In this document: in pieces, positions 16,921 to 26,573 of the stretch | Position numbering within the stretch: the stretch's first letter is position 1 | Layout: each line of letters begins with the position of its first letter | From: an uncultured Bdellovibrionales bacterium | Lineage (GTDB): Bacteria > Bdellovibrionota > JAFGOL01 | Assembly: GCA_964411885.1 (NCBI GenBank) | Contig: CAYPMK010000006.1 | Location: 1 to 48,429, forward strand | DNA: 48,429 nt | Direction: 5' to 3' | Program-made: the position numbers and the translations under genes | Notes under the pieces: model-generated | What the model was told of the DNA's origin: nothing | The model's database searches: none | Seen by the model: only the letters and a program-made list of their open reading frames with translations

Positions 16921-19128
16921 TTATATCACAGATTGACCTAATGAAATACCCCCATCGTTAGATGGGAAATCCTGATTAAAATAGACTTTTAGGTCTTTAT
17001 ATTTATTAAGGTCCTCTAATAATAACTTTAACAAAAGTGAATTTTGGAAACATCCACCAGAAAAAACAACATCCTTTGGCTTCTCACTATTAATAAATAA
17101 CAAAATTGAGTCTTTTATCCAAAGATGGAATTTATATGCAAGTTCTTCTTTACATAATCCAGACTTAATATCTCTAACAAGTTCTCGTACGAGAGATCTA
17201 TAGTCTATATTGCCATTGATAATTTCGACTTTGTATTTTGACAAGATCTTCCCCTTAAAATTTTCTGCATATTTTTGTAACAACATAGCCGCTTGTGCCT
17301 CATATAAAGACAGATTAGATATGCCACAAATAGATGCTACCCCATCAAAAAGTCTGCCCAAAGAAGAACATTTATAACAATTTATTTTGCTGCTAATAAG
17401 GTTGTTTATAAGTTGCTTTCTTTTACTATCGATATTAGGAATATTCTCAAGATTAGCTTCGCTACATAAAGAAACAGCTATCCTGTCTATCTCTCTAGAA
17501 CAGACATCTCCTCCCGGAAGTAAAAAATAGTCCAAATGAGCATGTCTTTTATAATTTTTGTAATCTCTTCCTATTTTAAATAATTCAAAACCCCAAACGT
17601 TACCATCATCGCCATAACCTGTTCCATCACAAATAACAGCAAAGACATCTTTACCTAAAAGATCATTTTCAGCCATAACACTAAGTGCATGAGCGTGATG
17701 ATGATATATCATATTACGATTTTTATTATAGTTAGCATAGCCCGGATGAGCGTCTATATTTATAACAGAAGCATCCATCTCCAACAACTTTTTAAATTCA
17801 CCTATTTGTTGTTCCTGATATTGCACATTCCTTGGATCATCCAAATCACCTATATATTGTGAAACATATATTTTTTTGCCTTTTTTTAATGAAAAAGTGT
17901 TTTTTATATCAGCACCTAAAGATATTTTATTTGCATCATCAAGCTCTTTAACTATTAAGCCATTAGGAACATAGCCTCTAGCTCGTCTTATAAGAATATT
18001 AACGCCATCAACGTGTTGTATTATTGAGTCATCACATCTGTTTATGATATCTCTGTTGTTGGACAATATACTATCTATCAATCCTTCGTCTAACAAAGAT
18101 AGAGCCTGTTCATCATTAACAGCGATAGGTTCATCTGCCCTATTAGCAGAAGTCATCACAAGAACATCAATATCTTTCATGAGTATTTTATGAAGAGGTG
18201 TATAAGGAAGCATTACACCAATATAATTATTGTCTGGCGAAATATGATCTAGTTCGTTGTTCTTTTTTCTTAGTATGACTATTGGAGCAATCTGCGAAGT
18301 AAGTATTTTTAACTCTTCTTGTCCAACAAAGCAAAATTTATTTACAACATCAAGATCTTTCATCATAACAGCAAAAGATCTTGTTCCTCTTTTTTTCTTG
18401 TTCCTTAATCTTTCTACAGAAGAAACATTAAATGCATCACACGCTATATTAAAACCGCCGATACTTTTTATGGCTATTAATTTACCATCTTTAATATCAA
18501 AAATTGTTTTATTCATTACATCTACTTCATCTAGTCCATTTTTGTGTATGATAAATATTTTAGGTCCACAAACTGGACAAGCATTTGGTTGTGCATGGAA
18601 TCTTCTATTAGAAGGATCGTTATATTCTTTATTACAAGCATCACACATTTTAAAATCTCTCATGCTCGTATTTGGCCTATCATATGGCCTATCTTTTATA
18701 ATACTAAATCTTGGCCCACAGTTAGTACAGTTCGTGAATGGATAAAGATATCTTCTATCGTTAACGTCGAATATCTCTTTTGAGCATTCTTGGCATATAG
18801 ATATATCTGGACTTATCTCTGTCTCTTTAGCACCAAAATTAGTACTCTTTAATATAACAAAATCGCTTGCGCCAGTTGCTTCTATCCACTCAGTTACATA
18901 TTCTGTTATTTTAGACATTCGGGGCGGTTCTTGGATTATGAGATTAATAACATCTTCAACTTGTCTTTTTGTACCTTCTAACTCTACTGTAACGCCATCT
19001 GGTGTATTAACAACAAAACCACTTACACTATTATTAGTTGCATGCTTATATACTGTTGGCCTAAATCCGACCCCTTGAACTATACCTTTTATTTTTAATC
19101 TAACTCTTTTTAACCCTTTCAATTTCAC
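16921..19128 (-). CDS. hypF: Carbamoyltransferase HypF
   Basis: Acylphosphatase domain (GIVQGVGFRP), four CxxC zinc-finger motifs (CQEC, CTNCGPRFS, CDAC, CPVCGP), and YrdC-like plus Kae1-like C-terminal halves. Confidence 0.95.
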   Translation of the reverse strand: MKLKGLKRVRLKIKGIVQGVGFRPTVYKHATNNSVSGFVVNTPDGVTVELEGTKRQVEDVINLIIQEPPRMSKITEYVTEWIEATGASDFVILKSTNFGAKETEISPDISICQECSKEIFDVNDRRYLYPFTNCTNCGPRFSIIKDRPYDRPNTSMRDFKMCDACNKEYNDPSNRRFHAQPNACPVCGPKIFIIHKNGLDEVDVMNKTIFDIKDGKLIAIKSIGGFNIACDAFNVSSVERLRNKKKRGTRSFAVMMKDLDVVNKFCFVGQEELKILTSQIAPIVILRKKNNELDHISPDNNYIGVMLPYTPLHKILMKDIDVLVMTSANRADEPIAVNDEQALSLLDEGLIDSILSNNRDIINRCDDSIIQHVDGVNILIRRARGYVPNGLIVKELDDANKISLGADIKNTFSLKKGKKIYVSQYIGDLDDPRNVQYQEQQIGEFKKLLEMDASVINIDAHPGYANYNKNRNMIYHHHAHALSVMAENDLLGKDVFAVICDGTGYGDDGNVWGFELFKIGRDYKNYKRHAHLDYFLLPGGDVCSREIDRIAVSLCSEANLENIPNIDSKRKQLINNLISSKINCYKCSSLGRLFDGVASICGISNLSLYEAQAAMLLQKYAENFKGKILSKYKVEIINGNIDYRSLVRELVRDIKSGLCKEELAYKFHLWIKDSILLFINSEKPKDVVFSGGCFQNSLLLKLLLEDLNKYKDLKVYFNQDFPSNDGGISLGQSVI

Positions 19129-19771
19129 CTTCCAACCATAATAGCCATTCTCTAAGACTATCTGGTTCTAAAGCAGATATTTTCAATATTAGGGCTTTCT
19201 TGTTTATACTTCTTATCTCGTTTTCTACTTGATCTATGTTTATCTTACATGCTTTAGAAAGGTCCACTTTATTTATTATGACTACATCAGCTGTACTAAA
19301 CATGGTTGAATATTTTTTTGGTTTATCTTCTCCCTCTGTTATTGAATATACCAGTATCCTTTTGTGTTCACCAAGATCAAAAGAAGAGGGGCAAACAAGG
19401 TTGCCAACATTTTCTATAAAAAGAGCATCAACATTATCTATATTAAGTTCGTTTATAGCACCCCTTATCATTCTTGCGTCAAGATGACAGCCTCCTTCTG
19501 TGTTTATTTGAACTATTGGTATATTAAATTTTTCTAGTCGCTCTGCATCCCTCGAAGTATAAAGATCGCCCTCTATAACACCAACTTTGTACTTCGCCGC
19601 CAAGCGAGATATTGAATTCTCAAGCAGAGTTGTTTTTCCAGCCCCCGGGGAACTAACAAGATTAGTAACGAACACTTTTTTATTTATAAAAAGTTCCCTG
19701 TTATCTTTTCCAACAGAGTTGTTCTTTATCATAACGTTACGTAAAACTTTTATTTCCAAAAGAACCTCCAC
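19100..19771 (-). CDS. hypB: Hydrogenase nickel-insertion GTPase HypB (start uncertain: GTG 19771 or TTG 19759)
   Basis: P-loop SSPGAGKTTLLE, ENVGNLVCP and NKVDL motifs. No His-rich or CxxCGC N-terminal region. Confidence 0.9.
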   Translation of the reverse strand: MEVLLEIKVLRNVMIKNNSVGKDNRELFINKKVFVTNLVSSPGAGKTTLLENSISRLAAKYKVGVIEGDLYTSRDAERLEKFNIPIVQINTEGGCHLDARMIRGAINELNIDNVDALFIENVGNLVCPSSFDLGEHKRILVYSITEGEDKPKKYSTMFSTADVVIINKVDLSKACKINIDQVENEIRSINKKALILKISALEPDSLREWLLWLEGEIERVKKS

Positions 19772-20025
19772 TAATCATCTACATCAATAGAAGAAACATA
19801 AAAACCTTCTTCTTCAACGTATTCATAAATAAGATCTGCTCCCTCTAAAAAAGTCCCTCTAGTAAGCTCACAAAAATAGAATTCAAAAGAATCTCTCATA
19901 ACTGTATGAGGTCTTCCTATAGCAAAGGTTATTTTTTTAACTTTCTTATTCATTAAAGGATACTTTTCTTTAAATACTTCCTCTATAATAGAATAAGAAT
20001 ATTCTGCTATTTTACCCTCATGCAT
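19771..20025 (-). CDS. hypA: HypA-like nickel metallochaperone lacking the zinc-finger domain
   Basis: N-terminal MHE nickel motif. The HypA-like N-domain and terminal strand (GFYVSSIDVDD) are present. The protein is only 84 aa and has no CxxC...CxxC. It sits between hycI and hypB. Confidence 0.65.
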   Translation of the reverse strand: MHEGKIAEYSYSIIEEVFKEKYPLMNKKVKKITFAIGRPHTVMRDSFEFYFCELTRGTFLEGADLIYEYVEEEGFYVSSIDVDD

Positions 20026-20530
20026 TTTTACATACCTTTATTATAGTTTCACAGACAAGATCACATGCTTTTAAAACTTTATCACTTGGTTCTACTCCAA
20101 AAGAGGTGTCAGCAGGCTGTATACCTATTATAATCGTTTTAAAATTAATATCCTGTTTGAGATAATCAATAATAATAGATATAGGCAAAGAGTGTGTTGA
20201 AAAAGAAACACCTCCAACATCAGATTCATTAATTATTCTTACCTCTCCAACCTCAGCTTCTAGTTCCGCACAATCAACTATGATCAAATGTGATGGTGCT
20301 ATTTTTTTTATTTCACCTGTAAAATTTTCTGGAGCAGTTGATGCATAAATAACACTTAATTTATCTTTTAGTTCAGATGGGCGCCTTCTTACAAGCTCAT
20401 CTGCAATAATAAGTCCAGCGACATCATCGCCTCTAAGATCTGAACCTATCCCCACTACACATATTCTTTTATTAGAATCTGCTTGTTTGAATTGATTCAA
20501 AATTTCTTCATATATTTTATTTGTCATCAA
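20018..20530 (-). CDS. hycI: Hydrogenase maturation endopeptidase (HycI/HyaD family)
   Basis: VVGIGSDLRGDDVAG motif, a later H in ...SFSTHSLP, about 170 aa, and its position in the operon. Confidence 0.85.
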   Translation of the reverse strand: MMTNKIYEEILNQFKQADSNKRICVVGIGSDLRGDDVAGLIIADELVRRRPSELKDKLSVIYASTAPENFTGEIKKIAPSHLIIVDCAELEAEVGEVRIINESDVGGVSFSTHSLPISIIIDYLKQDINFKTIIIGIQPADTSFGVEPSDKVLKACDLVCETIIKVCKNA

Positions 20531-20534
20531 AAAT

Positions 20535-20879
20535 TTATATATTAACTTTTAAATTCTTTCTTTCTATTTGTGCAAGTTCAAATTGTTTAGTCATCTCTAA
20601 TGCCTGTTTATTACAAGAAAGCACACACTGACCACAATATATACATTTATCAAGTCTTACTATAGCCTCAAAGGTCTCGCCTATTTTTTCTATCTGTATA
20701 GCATCTGCAGGGCAATCCTTAACACAAAGTTTACAACCAATACATTTTTCTGAATGGAATTTTAATCTCCCTCTAAAACCATCTGGAAGTTTAATTGGCT
20801 CTGCTGGATATTTTTTTGTAGCCGGTTCCTTAAAAAGAGAACCAAGTACTTCTTTAAGCATCCTTCCCGGTTTTTTCAT
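20535..20879 (-). CDS. Group 4 hydrogenase 2x[4Fe-4S] subunit (NuoI/MbhN/HycF-like)
   Basis: CIGCKLCVKDCP and CIYCGQCVLSC clusters. Confidence 0.85.
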   Translation of the reverse strand: MKKPGRMLKEVLGSLFKEPATKKYPAEPIKLPDGFRGRLKFHSEKCIGCKLCVKDCPADAIQIEKIGETFEAIVRLDKCIYCGQCVLSCNKQALEMTKQFELAQIERKNLKVNI

Positions 20880-21814
20880 AATATGACTCCCTTAACTATA
20901 AGTATTATAACTATCTGTATAAAAGCTAGTGGTGCAAAATATTTCCAACATATGCGAACCATCTGGTCTATCCTAAACCTTGCAAATACAGTTCTGCCCA
21001 ACGACAATAAGAAAACTATAAATAATACTTTTAATATATAGAATAAAAATCCATACACAGGCCCCATATCAAGACCAAACGGCAAAAATACAGCAGCTAT
21101 CAAAGAAGCACCAACAACCATTTCTATGTCTATAGCCATTCTAAATAAAGCCAAAAAACGTCCTGTATATTCAGTAAAAGTACCACCAACGATTTCTGTT
21201 TCTGCTTCTGCTATATCGAATGGAACTTTCTCTAGCTTTCCAAGCATTGCAACCAAAGAAATAAAGAAAGCGACGATGTTAACCAGCATCATTGCTGGAT
21301 TAGCAGAATAATACATTGCTATTTCTGACATTGACCATGTATCTGCAAGTAGTGCAGGTGCCAAAACAGACAAGAACAGAAGAACTTCATAAGAAAAAAG
21401 TTGTGTAAGTGTTCTGGTCGCTCCTATGGTCGCATATAAAGAAGTAGAAGACCAACCAGCAAGAAAAAATGTAACTGTTGGTATAGTAAGAATATAAAGA
21501 ACAACTATTATATCGCCTTTGAATGGAAAGAGTGACTCATAACCCCAAATAGGTATGTAAAAGAATGCAGTAACAGCTGCAGTAACAGCTATTATTGGCA
21601 TTAACTTGAATATCTTTTTATCTGCACACTCAGGCACTATTTCTTCTTTTGCAGCAAGTTTTATAAAATCTGCAAGAGGTTGATAAAAAGGTGGTCCTTT
21701 TCTGTTCTGTAACCTTGCATAAACGATCCTGTCAAAATACTCTATTGCCAGTGCCATTAAGCATAGGAATAAAAAACCGGGGAATACCAATATGTAAAAA
21801 AGCTGCATCATCAT
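20876..21814 (-). CDS. Group 4 hydrogenase membrane subunit (NuoH/MbhM/HycD-like)
   Basis: About 8 TM helices and the conserved RLQNRKGPP motif near the N-terminus. Confidence 0.85.
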   Translation of the reverse strand: MMMQLFYILVFPGFLFLCLMALAIEYFDRIVYARLQNRKGPPFYQPLADFIKLAAKEEIVPECADKKIFKLMPIIAVTAAVTAFFYIPIWGYESLFPFKGDIIVVLYILTIPTVTFFLAGWSSTSLYATIGATRTLTQLFSYEVLLFLSVLAPALLADTWSMSEIAMYYSANPAMMLVNIVAFFISLVAMLGKLEKVPFDIAEAETEIVGGTFTEYTGRFLALFRMAIDIEMVVGASLIAAVFLPFGLDMGPVYGFLFYILKVLFIVFLLSLGRTVFARFRIDQMVRICWKYFAPLAFIQIVIILIVKGVIL

Positions 21815-21816
21815 TT

Positions 21817-23043
21817 CTATCTATTCCCCCTGTCCAAATATTTCTTATTTAATTCAGTAAAATCTATTCCATGTTCTGATCTATAGAAGTCTATTCCTTT
21901 CTTTCTTAATTCACCCCAACTCATTATTTGTGAATTACCAGCGTTGTTAACTATTTTTATACTCCTATCTGTACAAGAAAAACAAGGATCTATCGCTGCT
22001 ATAGTAATAGGGACGTCTGCTAGATTGTTGTTTTCTAACATTTTGGCAACAGATTGAAGATTTGCAAGCGTTGGAGCTCTTAACTTAACTCTTTCAGGTT
22101 TGTCTGTACCATTACCCTTAACGTAGTGGACATCTTCTCCTCTTGGGGCCTCGTATCTTGATGTTGCTTCTCCTGCAGGAACTCTTCTTGGGAATCTTAT
22201 TGATATTTCACCATCTGGCATGTTTTTAACAAGCTGTCTGATTATTTTATAGGTTTCCATCAATTCACCAAGACGAACAAGTGTTCTTCCGTAAACATCA
22301 CAGTGATCATCTACAATAACGTTGAATTCAACTTCATCATACGCAGCATATGGATCGTCTTTTCTTGCATCTCTACCAACACCAGAAGCTCTACCTGTTG
22401 GACCAACTGTGCCTAATTTTATAACATTCTCTTTTGATATGGCTCCAACACCAGAAAGTCTTTTAACTAAAGTAGGCTCTTCCGTAGCCACTTTAATATA
22501 ATATTTAGTTCTCTCTTCAAGTATGTCTACTGCCTTTAATATCTCTTGTTGTTTATCTTTATCAATATCCCTTCTTACTCCCCCCAAGATATTTATAGCG
22601 TAGTTAACTCTGTTACCACCAAGGCTAGTAAGAAGTTCCATCACAACTTCTCTGTCTCTCCAAGAATACATAAGCAAGGTGTCAAAACCAACCTCATGTG
22701 CTGCAACACCAAGCCACAAGAGATGGCTATGTACTCTTTCTAACTCTCCTATTATTGTTCTTATATACTTAGCTCTTTTTGGTATATCAACAGCTGCTAC
22801 TTCTTCTACAGCCTGAATAAAAGCAGTTGAGTGAGAGTGAGAACATATACCACAGACTCTTTCTATTAAATATATGTTCTGTATGTATGTTCTTCCTTCA
22901 GCGGCTTTTTCTATACCTCTATGATTATAACCAAGTCTCATGCCTACATCTTTTATTCTTTCACCATCTAAGGATATAAGAAAACTTTCAGGTTCTTTTA
23001 ATGCAGGGTGCTGAGGACCTATAGGTATTTTAACTGTTCCCAT
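21817..23043 (-). CDS. Group 4 [NiFe]-hydrogenase large (catalytic) subunit (NuoD-like)
   Basis: Both NiFe ligand pairs are present: RVCGICSHSHS near the N-terminus and DPCFSCTDR near the C-terminus. About 48 further residues follow the second motif. Confidence 0.9.
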   Translation of the reverse strand: MGTVKIPIGPQHPALKEPESFLISLDGERIKDVGMRLGYNHRGIEKAAEGRTYIQNIYLIERVCGICSHSHSTAFIQAVEEVAAVDIPKRAKYIRTIIGELERVHSHLLWLGVAAHEVGFDTLLMYSWRDREVVMELLTSLGGNRVNYAINILGGVRRDIDKDKQQEILKAVDILEERTKYYIKVATEEPTLVKRLSGVGAISKENVIKLGTVGPTGRASGVGRDARKDDPYAAYDEVEFNVIVDDHCDVYGRTLVRLGELMETYKIIRQLVKNMPDGEISIRFPRRVPAGEATSRYEAPRGEDVHYVKGNGTDKPERVKLRAPTLANLQSVAKMLENNNLADVPITIAAIDPCFSCTDRSIKIVNNAGNSQIMSWGELRKKGIDFYRSEHGIDFTELNKKYLDRGNR

Positions 23044-23044
23044 T

Positions 23045-23521
23045 TTAGACCTCCTTATCCTTTAACATATCTCTGTTCCAATCTTTCCTTAATGGATACT
23101 GACCAGCAGGCCAATTATCTGGTAATGGATATCTTTCCCCTTCTGGAAGACCCTCAACCTTTACACCAAACATGTCTACTAATTCTCTCTCATAAAGAAC
23201 TCCACCCGGGAAAACATCTGATACTGTTTTTATTACTGGGTTGCTTTTTGCTACAGCTGTTTTAATATCAAAAACAACACCTTTATCGTCTGTAAGATGA
23301 TAAATAAAAGCAAAATTATCCCCTTCATCAAAACCAGTTATCATACAAATCCTTTCAAAAGAGTTTTCCTTAACAACATTATCAAAAAGATCTCTAAAAT
23401 TAGAATAATCTACCTCTGCAAAAATCCTTCTTGGTCTTTTAACAAGAATCTTGTCTTTCATAAAACTGAATTTTGATTCTATTTTGTTCTTTATATCGTT
23501 CTCTCTATGATTTGAGGTCAT
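23045..23521 (-). CDS. Group 4 hydrogenase NuoC-like subunit (MbhK/EchD-like)
   Basis: NuoC-type core (ERICMITGFDEGDNFAFIYHL...YERELVDMFG). Confidence 0.85.
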   Translation of the reverse strand: MTSNHRENDIKNKIESKFSFMKDKILVKRPRRIFAEVDYSNFRDLFDNVVKENSFERICMITGFDEGDNFAFIYHLTDDKGVVFDIKTAVAKSNPVIKTVSDVFPGGVLYERELVDMFGVKVEGLPEGERYPLPDNWPAGQYPLRKDWNRDMLKDKEV

Positions 23522-23982
23522 GCCTGTTCCCTCCTTTTCCTTTCATCGTTCTCAAATTTTGTAAGCAACTTAACAACACCGTCTATTATGGCTTCCGGTC
23601 TTACGGGGCATCCAGGGATGTAAGCAGATACAGGAATGGCTGTATCTATACCACCCTTAACGCTGTAACAATCATGAAATACACCGCCAGAACAAGCACA
23701 AGTGCCAACAGCAACAACAAATTTTGGTGCTGGCATTTGTTCATATATCCTTATTAGCCTTTTTTCTATCTGTCTTGTTACAGGTCCAGAACACAAAAGA
23801 ACATCGGCGTGCCTTGGTGTCCCCTTAAGCAAAACTCCAAATCTTTCTAGATCGAACAAAGGTGTTAGAGCATCAACTATCTCTATGTCGCAGGCGTTAC
23901 ACGCACCTGTGTTAAAATGGATTACCCAAGGAGATTTAGTTCTCGCCCAAGTTATTACTTTATCAGCTATCTTCAAAACCAA
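23518..23982 (-). CDS. Group 4 hydrogenase small subunit (NuoB-like, one [4Fe-4S])
   Basis: Cys ligands in GACNACDIE, GTCACSGG and PGCP, as in NuoB/HycG/MbhJ. Confidence 0.9.
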   Translation of the reverse strand: MVLKIADKVITWARTKSPWVIHFNTGACNACDIEIVDALTPLFDLERFGVLLKGTPRHADVLLCSGPVTRQIEKRLIRIYEQMPAPKFVVAVGTCACSGGVFHDCYSVKGGIDTAIPVSAYIPGCPVRPEAIIDGVVKLLTKFENDERKRREQA

Positions 23983-23983
23983 A

Positions 23984-24307
23984 TTACCTCCTAAAAAGAA
24001 TTAAAAGAGCAACGGATGCAGCTAATATATAAAAAGCAGCCATTGCATCAGCAAAAAGATCTACTGGAGCAGTTGCTATTACCATAACAACAACGTGCAT
24101 TATTGTGAAAAAGAAAGCAAAAGAAAAAAATTGTGAATAATCTGGTTGTACTCTGTGATCTAGAACATCTTCGCCACAAGCATAAGCTTTATGTTTTCCG
24201 TCAGAATGAGAACCTTTTGCAGAAAATTTTGACATAAAATAAGACTGCAAAAGGACAACCAATAAAATTATAAAAAAAGCTATCGGTGGAAACAATAAGT
24301 AATTCAT
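23984..24307 (-). CDS. Small 3-TM membrane subunit, NuoA/MbhI-like
   Basis: TM1, then the loop KAYACGED, then two further TM helices. This parallels the NuoA layout (..PFESG..FY..FDVE), but the FDVE motif is replaced. Confidence 0.5.
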   Translation of the reverse strand: MNYLLFPPIAFFIILLVVLLQSYFMSKFSAKGSHSDGKHKAYACGEDVLDHRVQPDYSQFFSFAFFFTIMHVVVMVIATAPVDLFADAMAAFYILAASVALLILFRR

Positions 24308-24316
24308 ATAAACTCC

Positions 24317-24640
24317 TTATCCTTTTAAATTCCTCATTTTTGCAACGTTAAGAGACCCTGTTTGTTTAAAAATACCAAAAATTATACCAGCAGCGACAGC
24401 TATAATAACCACCTCTACCACTATAACAGTTATAGCTAACGACTGAGTAATTGCACTCTTGCCACTAACGTGTCCAGCGAGAACAATAAGTAGTGTAACC
24501 GCCTTTGTTAATATTTCTACACCAATAAGGGCTCTGATAAAATTCTTCGTAACCATTATGCAATAAAAACCACATATTGATAAAAGGACCGTAAAAACAG
24601 CAAAGATCCAGAACATACTGGAATTATCATTTACCATCAT
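24317..24640 (-). CDS. NuoK/MrpC/MbhG-like membrane subunit
   Basis: About 100 aa, 3 TM helices, and ALIGVEILTKAVTL resembling the NuoK GxE motif helix. Confidence 0.75.
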   Translation of the reverse strand: MMVNDNSSMFWIFAVFTVLLSICGFYCIMVTKNFIRALIGVEILTKAVTLLIVLAGHVSGKSAITQSLAITVIVVEVVIIAVAAGIIFGIFKQTGSLNVAKMRNLKG

Positions 24641-25124
24641 GGCTCACCTTCTCCTTTAAAAGAACAACCACGCCAAATACGCCAGCTAATATTATAACTA
24701 TCTGACCAAGGATGTCCGTTTGTCTTAGTTTCCACATAATATCTCTAAAATCTATTTCAGCCCCTAAAACAGGTATGGGTAGCTCTGGATACACCATATA
24801 AAAACCCAAAATAACTGCTGCAAAGAATACTAATACTGGCAAGTACCAATATCTTTTTATTCTATTCTTTGTCTGTTGTTTAAGGTCTGGTCTTGTTATT
24901 GGTTTTGTAAGACTTATGGTGCTTACAAAAACAACCGTGATAAGACCTGCACAAACAGATAACTCAAACACAGCAGCTATTGGTGCTCCTAATCTAAACA
25001 TTAAAATTGTTAATACCAAGCTAACCGCAGCCAACGCTATAGCAGAGGTAAGTAAACTTCTGGTAAGAACAGCCCACAAAGAACAGGCTAACAAAATCGT
25101 AAGAAATAATAGATCTATATTCAC
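24627..25124 (-). CDS. NuoJ/MnhB-like membrane subunit
   Basis: N-terminal 3 TM helices with a NuoJ-like pattern (AVLTRSLLTSAIALAAVSL...FELSVCAGLITVVFV), a basic loop, then two further TM helices. Confidence 0.6.
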   Translation of the reverse strand: MNIDLLFLTILLACSLWAVLTRSLLTSAIALAAVSLVLTILMFRLGAPIAAVFELSVCAGLITVVFVSTISLTKPITRPDLKQQTKNRIKRYWYLPVLVFFAAVILGFYMVYPELPIPVLGAEIDFRDIMWKLRQTDILGQIVIILAGVFGVVVLLKEKVSHDGK

Positions 25125-25146
25125 GTCTTTATCCCCTTACCCTGTT

Positions 25147-26559
25147 TTAAAAAACCTTACTAACAGGGATTATTATAGTATCAATAAGATATGGGAAAAA
25201 TATTCCAACACCTATAGTTATAAGAGTAAGTATTATCGCTGGTAACAATAATCCAATAGAAGCCTCTTTTATTTTTGAACTTTGATCAGAAGGATTTCCA
25301 AAGAAAACCCTTCTTTGCATATATAGGAAATAAGCAAGGGTTATAAGACTTCCTATTATCGCAAGTGCTGCATATATTTTTAATCCAGCTGTCCACAAAG
25401 CAATTATTATTATTAATTTGCTCCAGAACCCAGAAAGTGGAGGAATCCCTGCCGTCGATAATAACGCAACAACAGAGGTCCAACCAGTCACAGGCATTGG
25501 AGTCGCCAAACCACCAAAAGACCCCATATTAGTCGTACCAGTCTGTTTTTCAACAGCAGCAGAATTAACGAACAATTGTGATTTAAATATAGAGTGATTA
25601 AAAAGATGGAACACAGCACCAGCTATACCTAAAGCCGTACCTGTACCAAGTGCAAGAACTATATAACCAACCTGACTAATACTAGAATAAGCCAACATCC
25701 TCTTAAAATCTGTTTGAAGAAGGGCCGCAAAAGCTCCAACAAAGATAGAAATAATACCTATCAATAGTAGTATAGATTTTATAGTCTCGTTAAAGCCAAA
25801 AACCTCACTAACGATCCTAATCATTGTATATATACCAGTAGTCTTAGTCACTATGCCTGCAAGAAGAACAGAAACTCCAGCTGGTGCAGAAGAATATGCA
25901 TCTGGTAACCAACCATGAAAAGGGATAAGCCCTCCTTTTATAAACAGACCACACATAAAAAGAGCAACTGCTATAACTACATAAAAACTATTAACTCCCT
26001 GTACGCCATCTCTTATAGACGTAAAACTTGTATTACCAGAATATATAAACAAGAGTGCTATTGAAGAGAGCATCATAACTGTTGCTACCGCAGACATAAT
26101 AAAATATTTGAATGAACCCTCTAGTGAATGTTTGTTATCTCTATTAAGTGCTATCAGGATAAAAGAAGATACTGCTGTTACTTCAAGAAAAACATAAAGA
26201 GAAAAAATATCACGAACCATAACAACACCATTCATGCCAGCAGTAGATATAAGTAAAAGATTTAAAAAATTAAATTTAGCTCTAGATTCTGATATTGTAG
26301 AAAGACCCACAAACATAGAAGACAACGCTACAATTGATATCGTTAACATCATCAAGAGCCCAAGCTTATCTACTTCGAAATTGAACATTGGGAATAATTC
26401 ACTAGATATGGAAAACCTAGTCCAAAAGATACACACGAATGATTGTATTATAAAATAAAGTCCCGTTAACCAACTAGCAACACTGTTAACTGTTCTTTTA
26501 CAACAAAGGTTAAACAACATCATTAATACTAAGGGAACTATTACAAATAAAGATGACAC
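25147..26559 (-). CDS. Antiporter-like subunit (NuoM/MrpD-like)
   Basis: About 14 TM helices and conserved proton-pump family motifs (HGWLPDAY, AYSSISQVGY, FHLFNHSIFKS). Confidence 0.85.
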   Translation of the reverse strand: MSSLFVIVPLVLMMLFNLCCKRTVNSVASWLTGLYFIIQSFVCIFWTRFSISSELFPMFNFEVDKLGLLMMLTISIVALSSMFVGLSTISESRAKFNFLNLLLISTAGMNGVVMVRDIFSLYVFLEVTAVSSFILIALNRDNKHSLEGSFKYFIMSAVATVMMLSSIALLFIYSGNTSFTSIRDGVQGVNSFYVVIAVALFMCGLFIKGGLIPFHGWLPDAYSSAPAGVSVLLAGIVTKTTGIYTMIRIVSEVFGFNETIKSILLLIGIISIFVGAFAALLQTDFKRMLAYSSISQVGYIVLALGTGTALGIAGAVFHLFNHSIFKSQLFVNSAAVEKQTGTTNMGSFGGLATPMPVTGWTSVVALLSTAGIPPLSGFWSKLIIIIALWTAGLKIYAALAIIGSLITLAYFLYMQRRVFFGNPSDQSSKIKEASIGLLLPAIILTLITIGVGIFFPYLIDTIIIPVSKVF

Positions 26560-26573
26560 GTTATCATTCCTCC

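Noticed and set aside
18257-18783. Plus-strand ORFs of 162 aa and 79 aa inside hypF
   Set aside because: They are antisense to a gene with intact acylphosphatase and zinc-finger motifs, so they are shadow ORFs.
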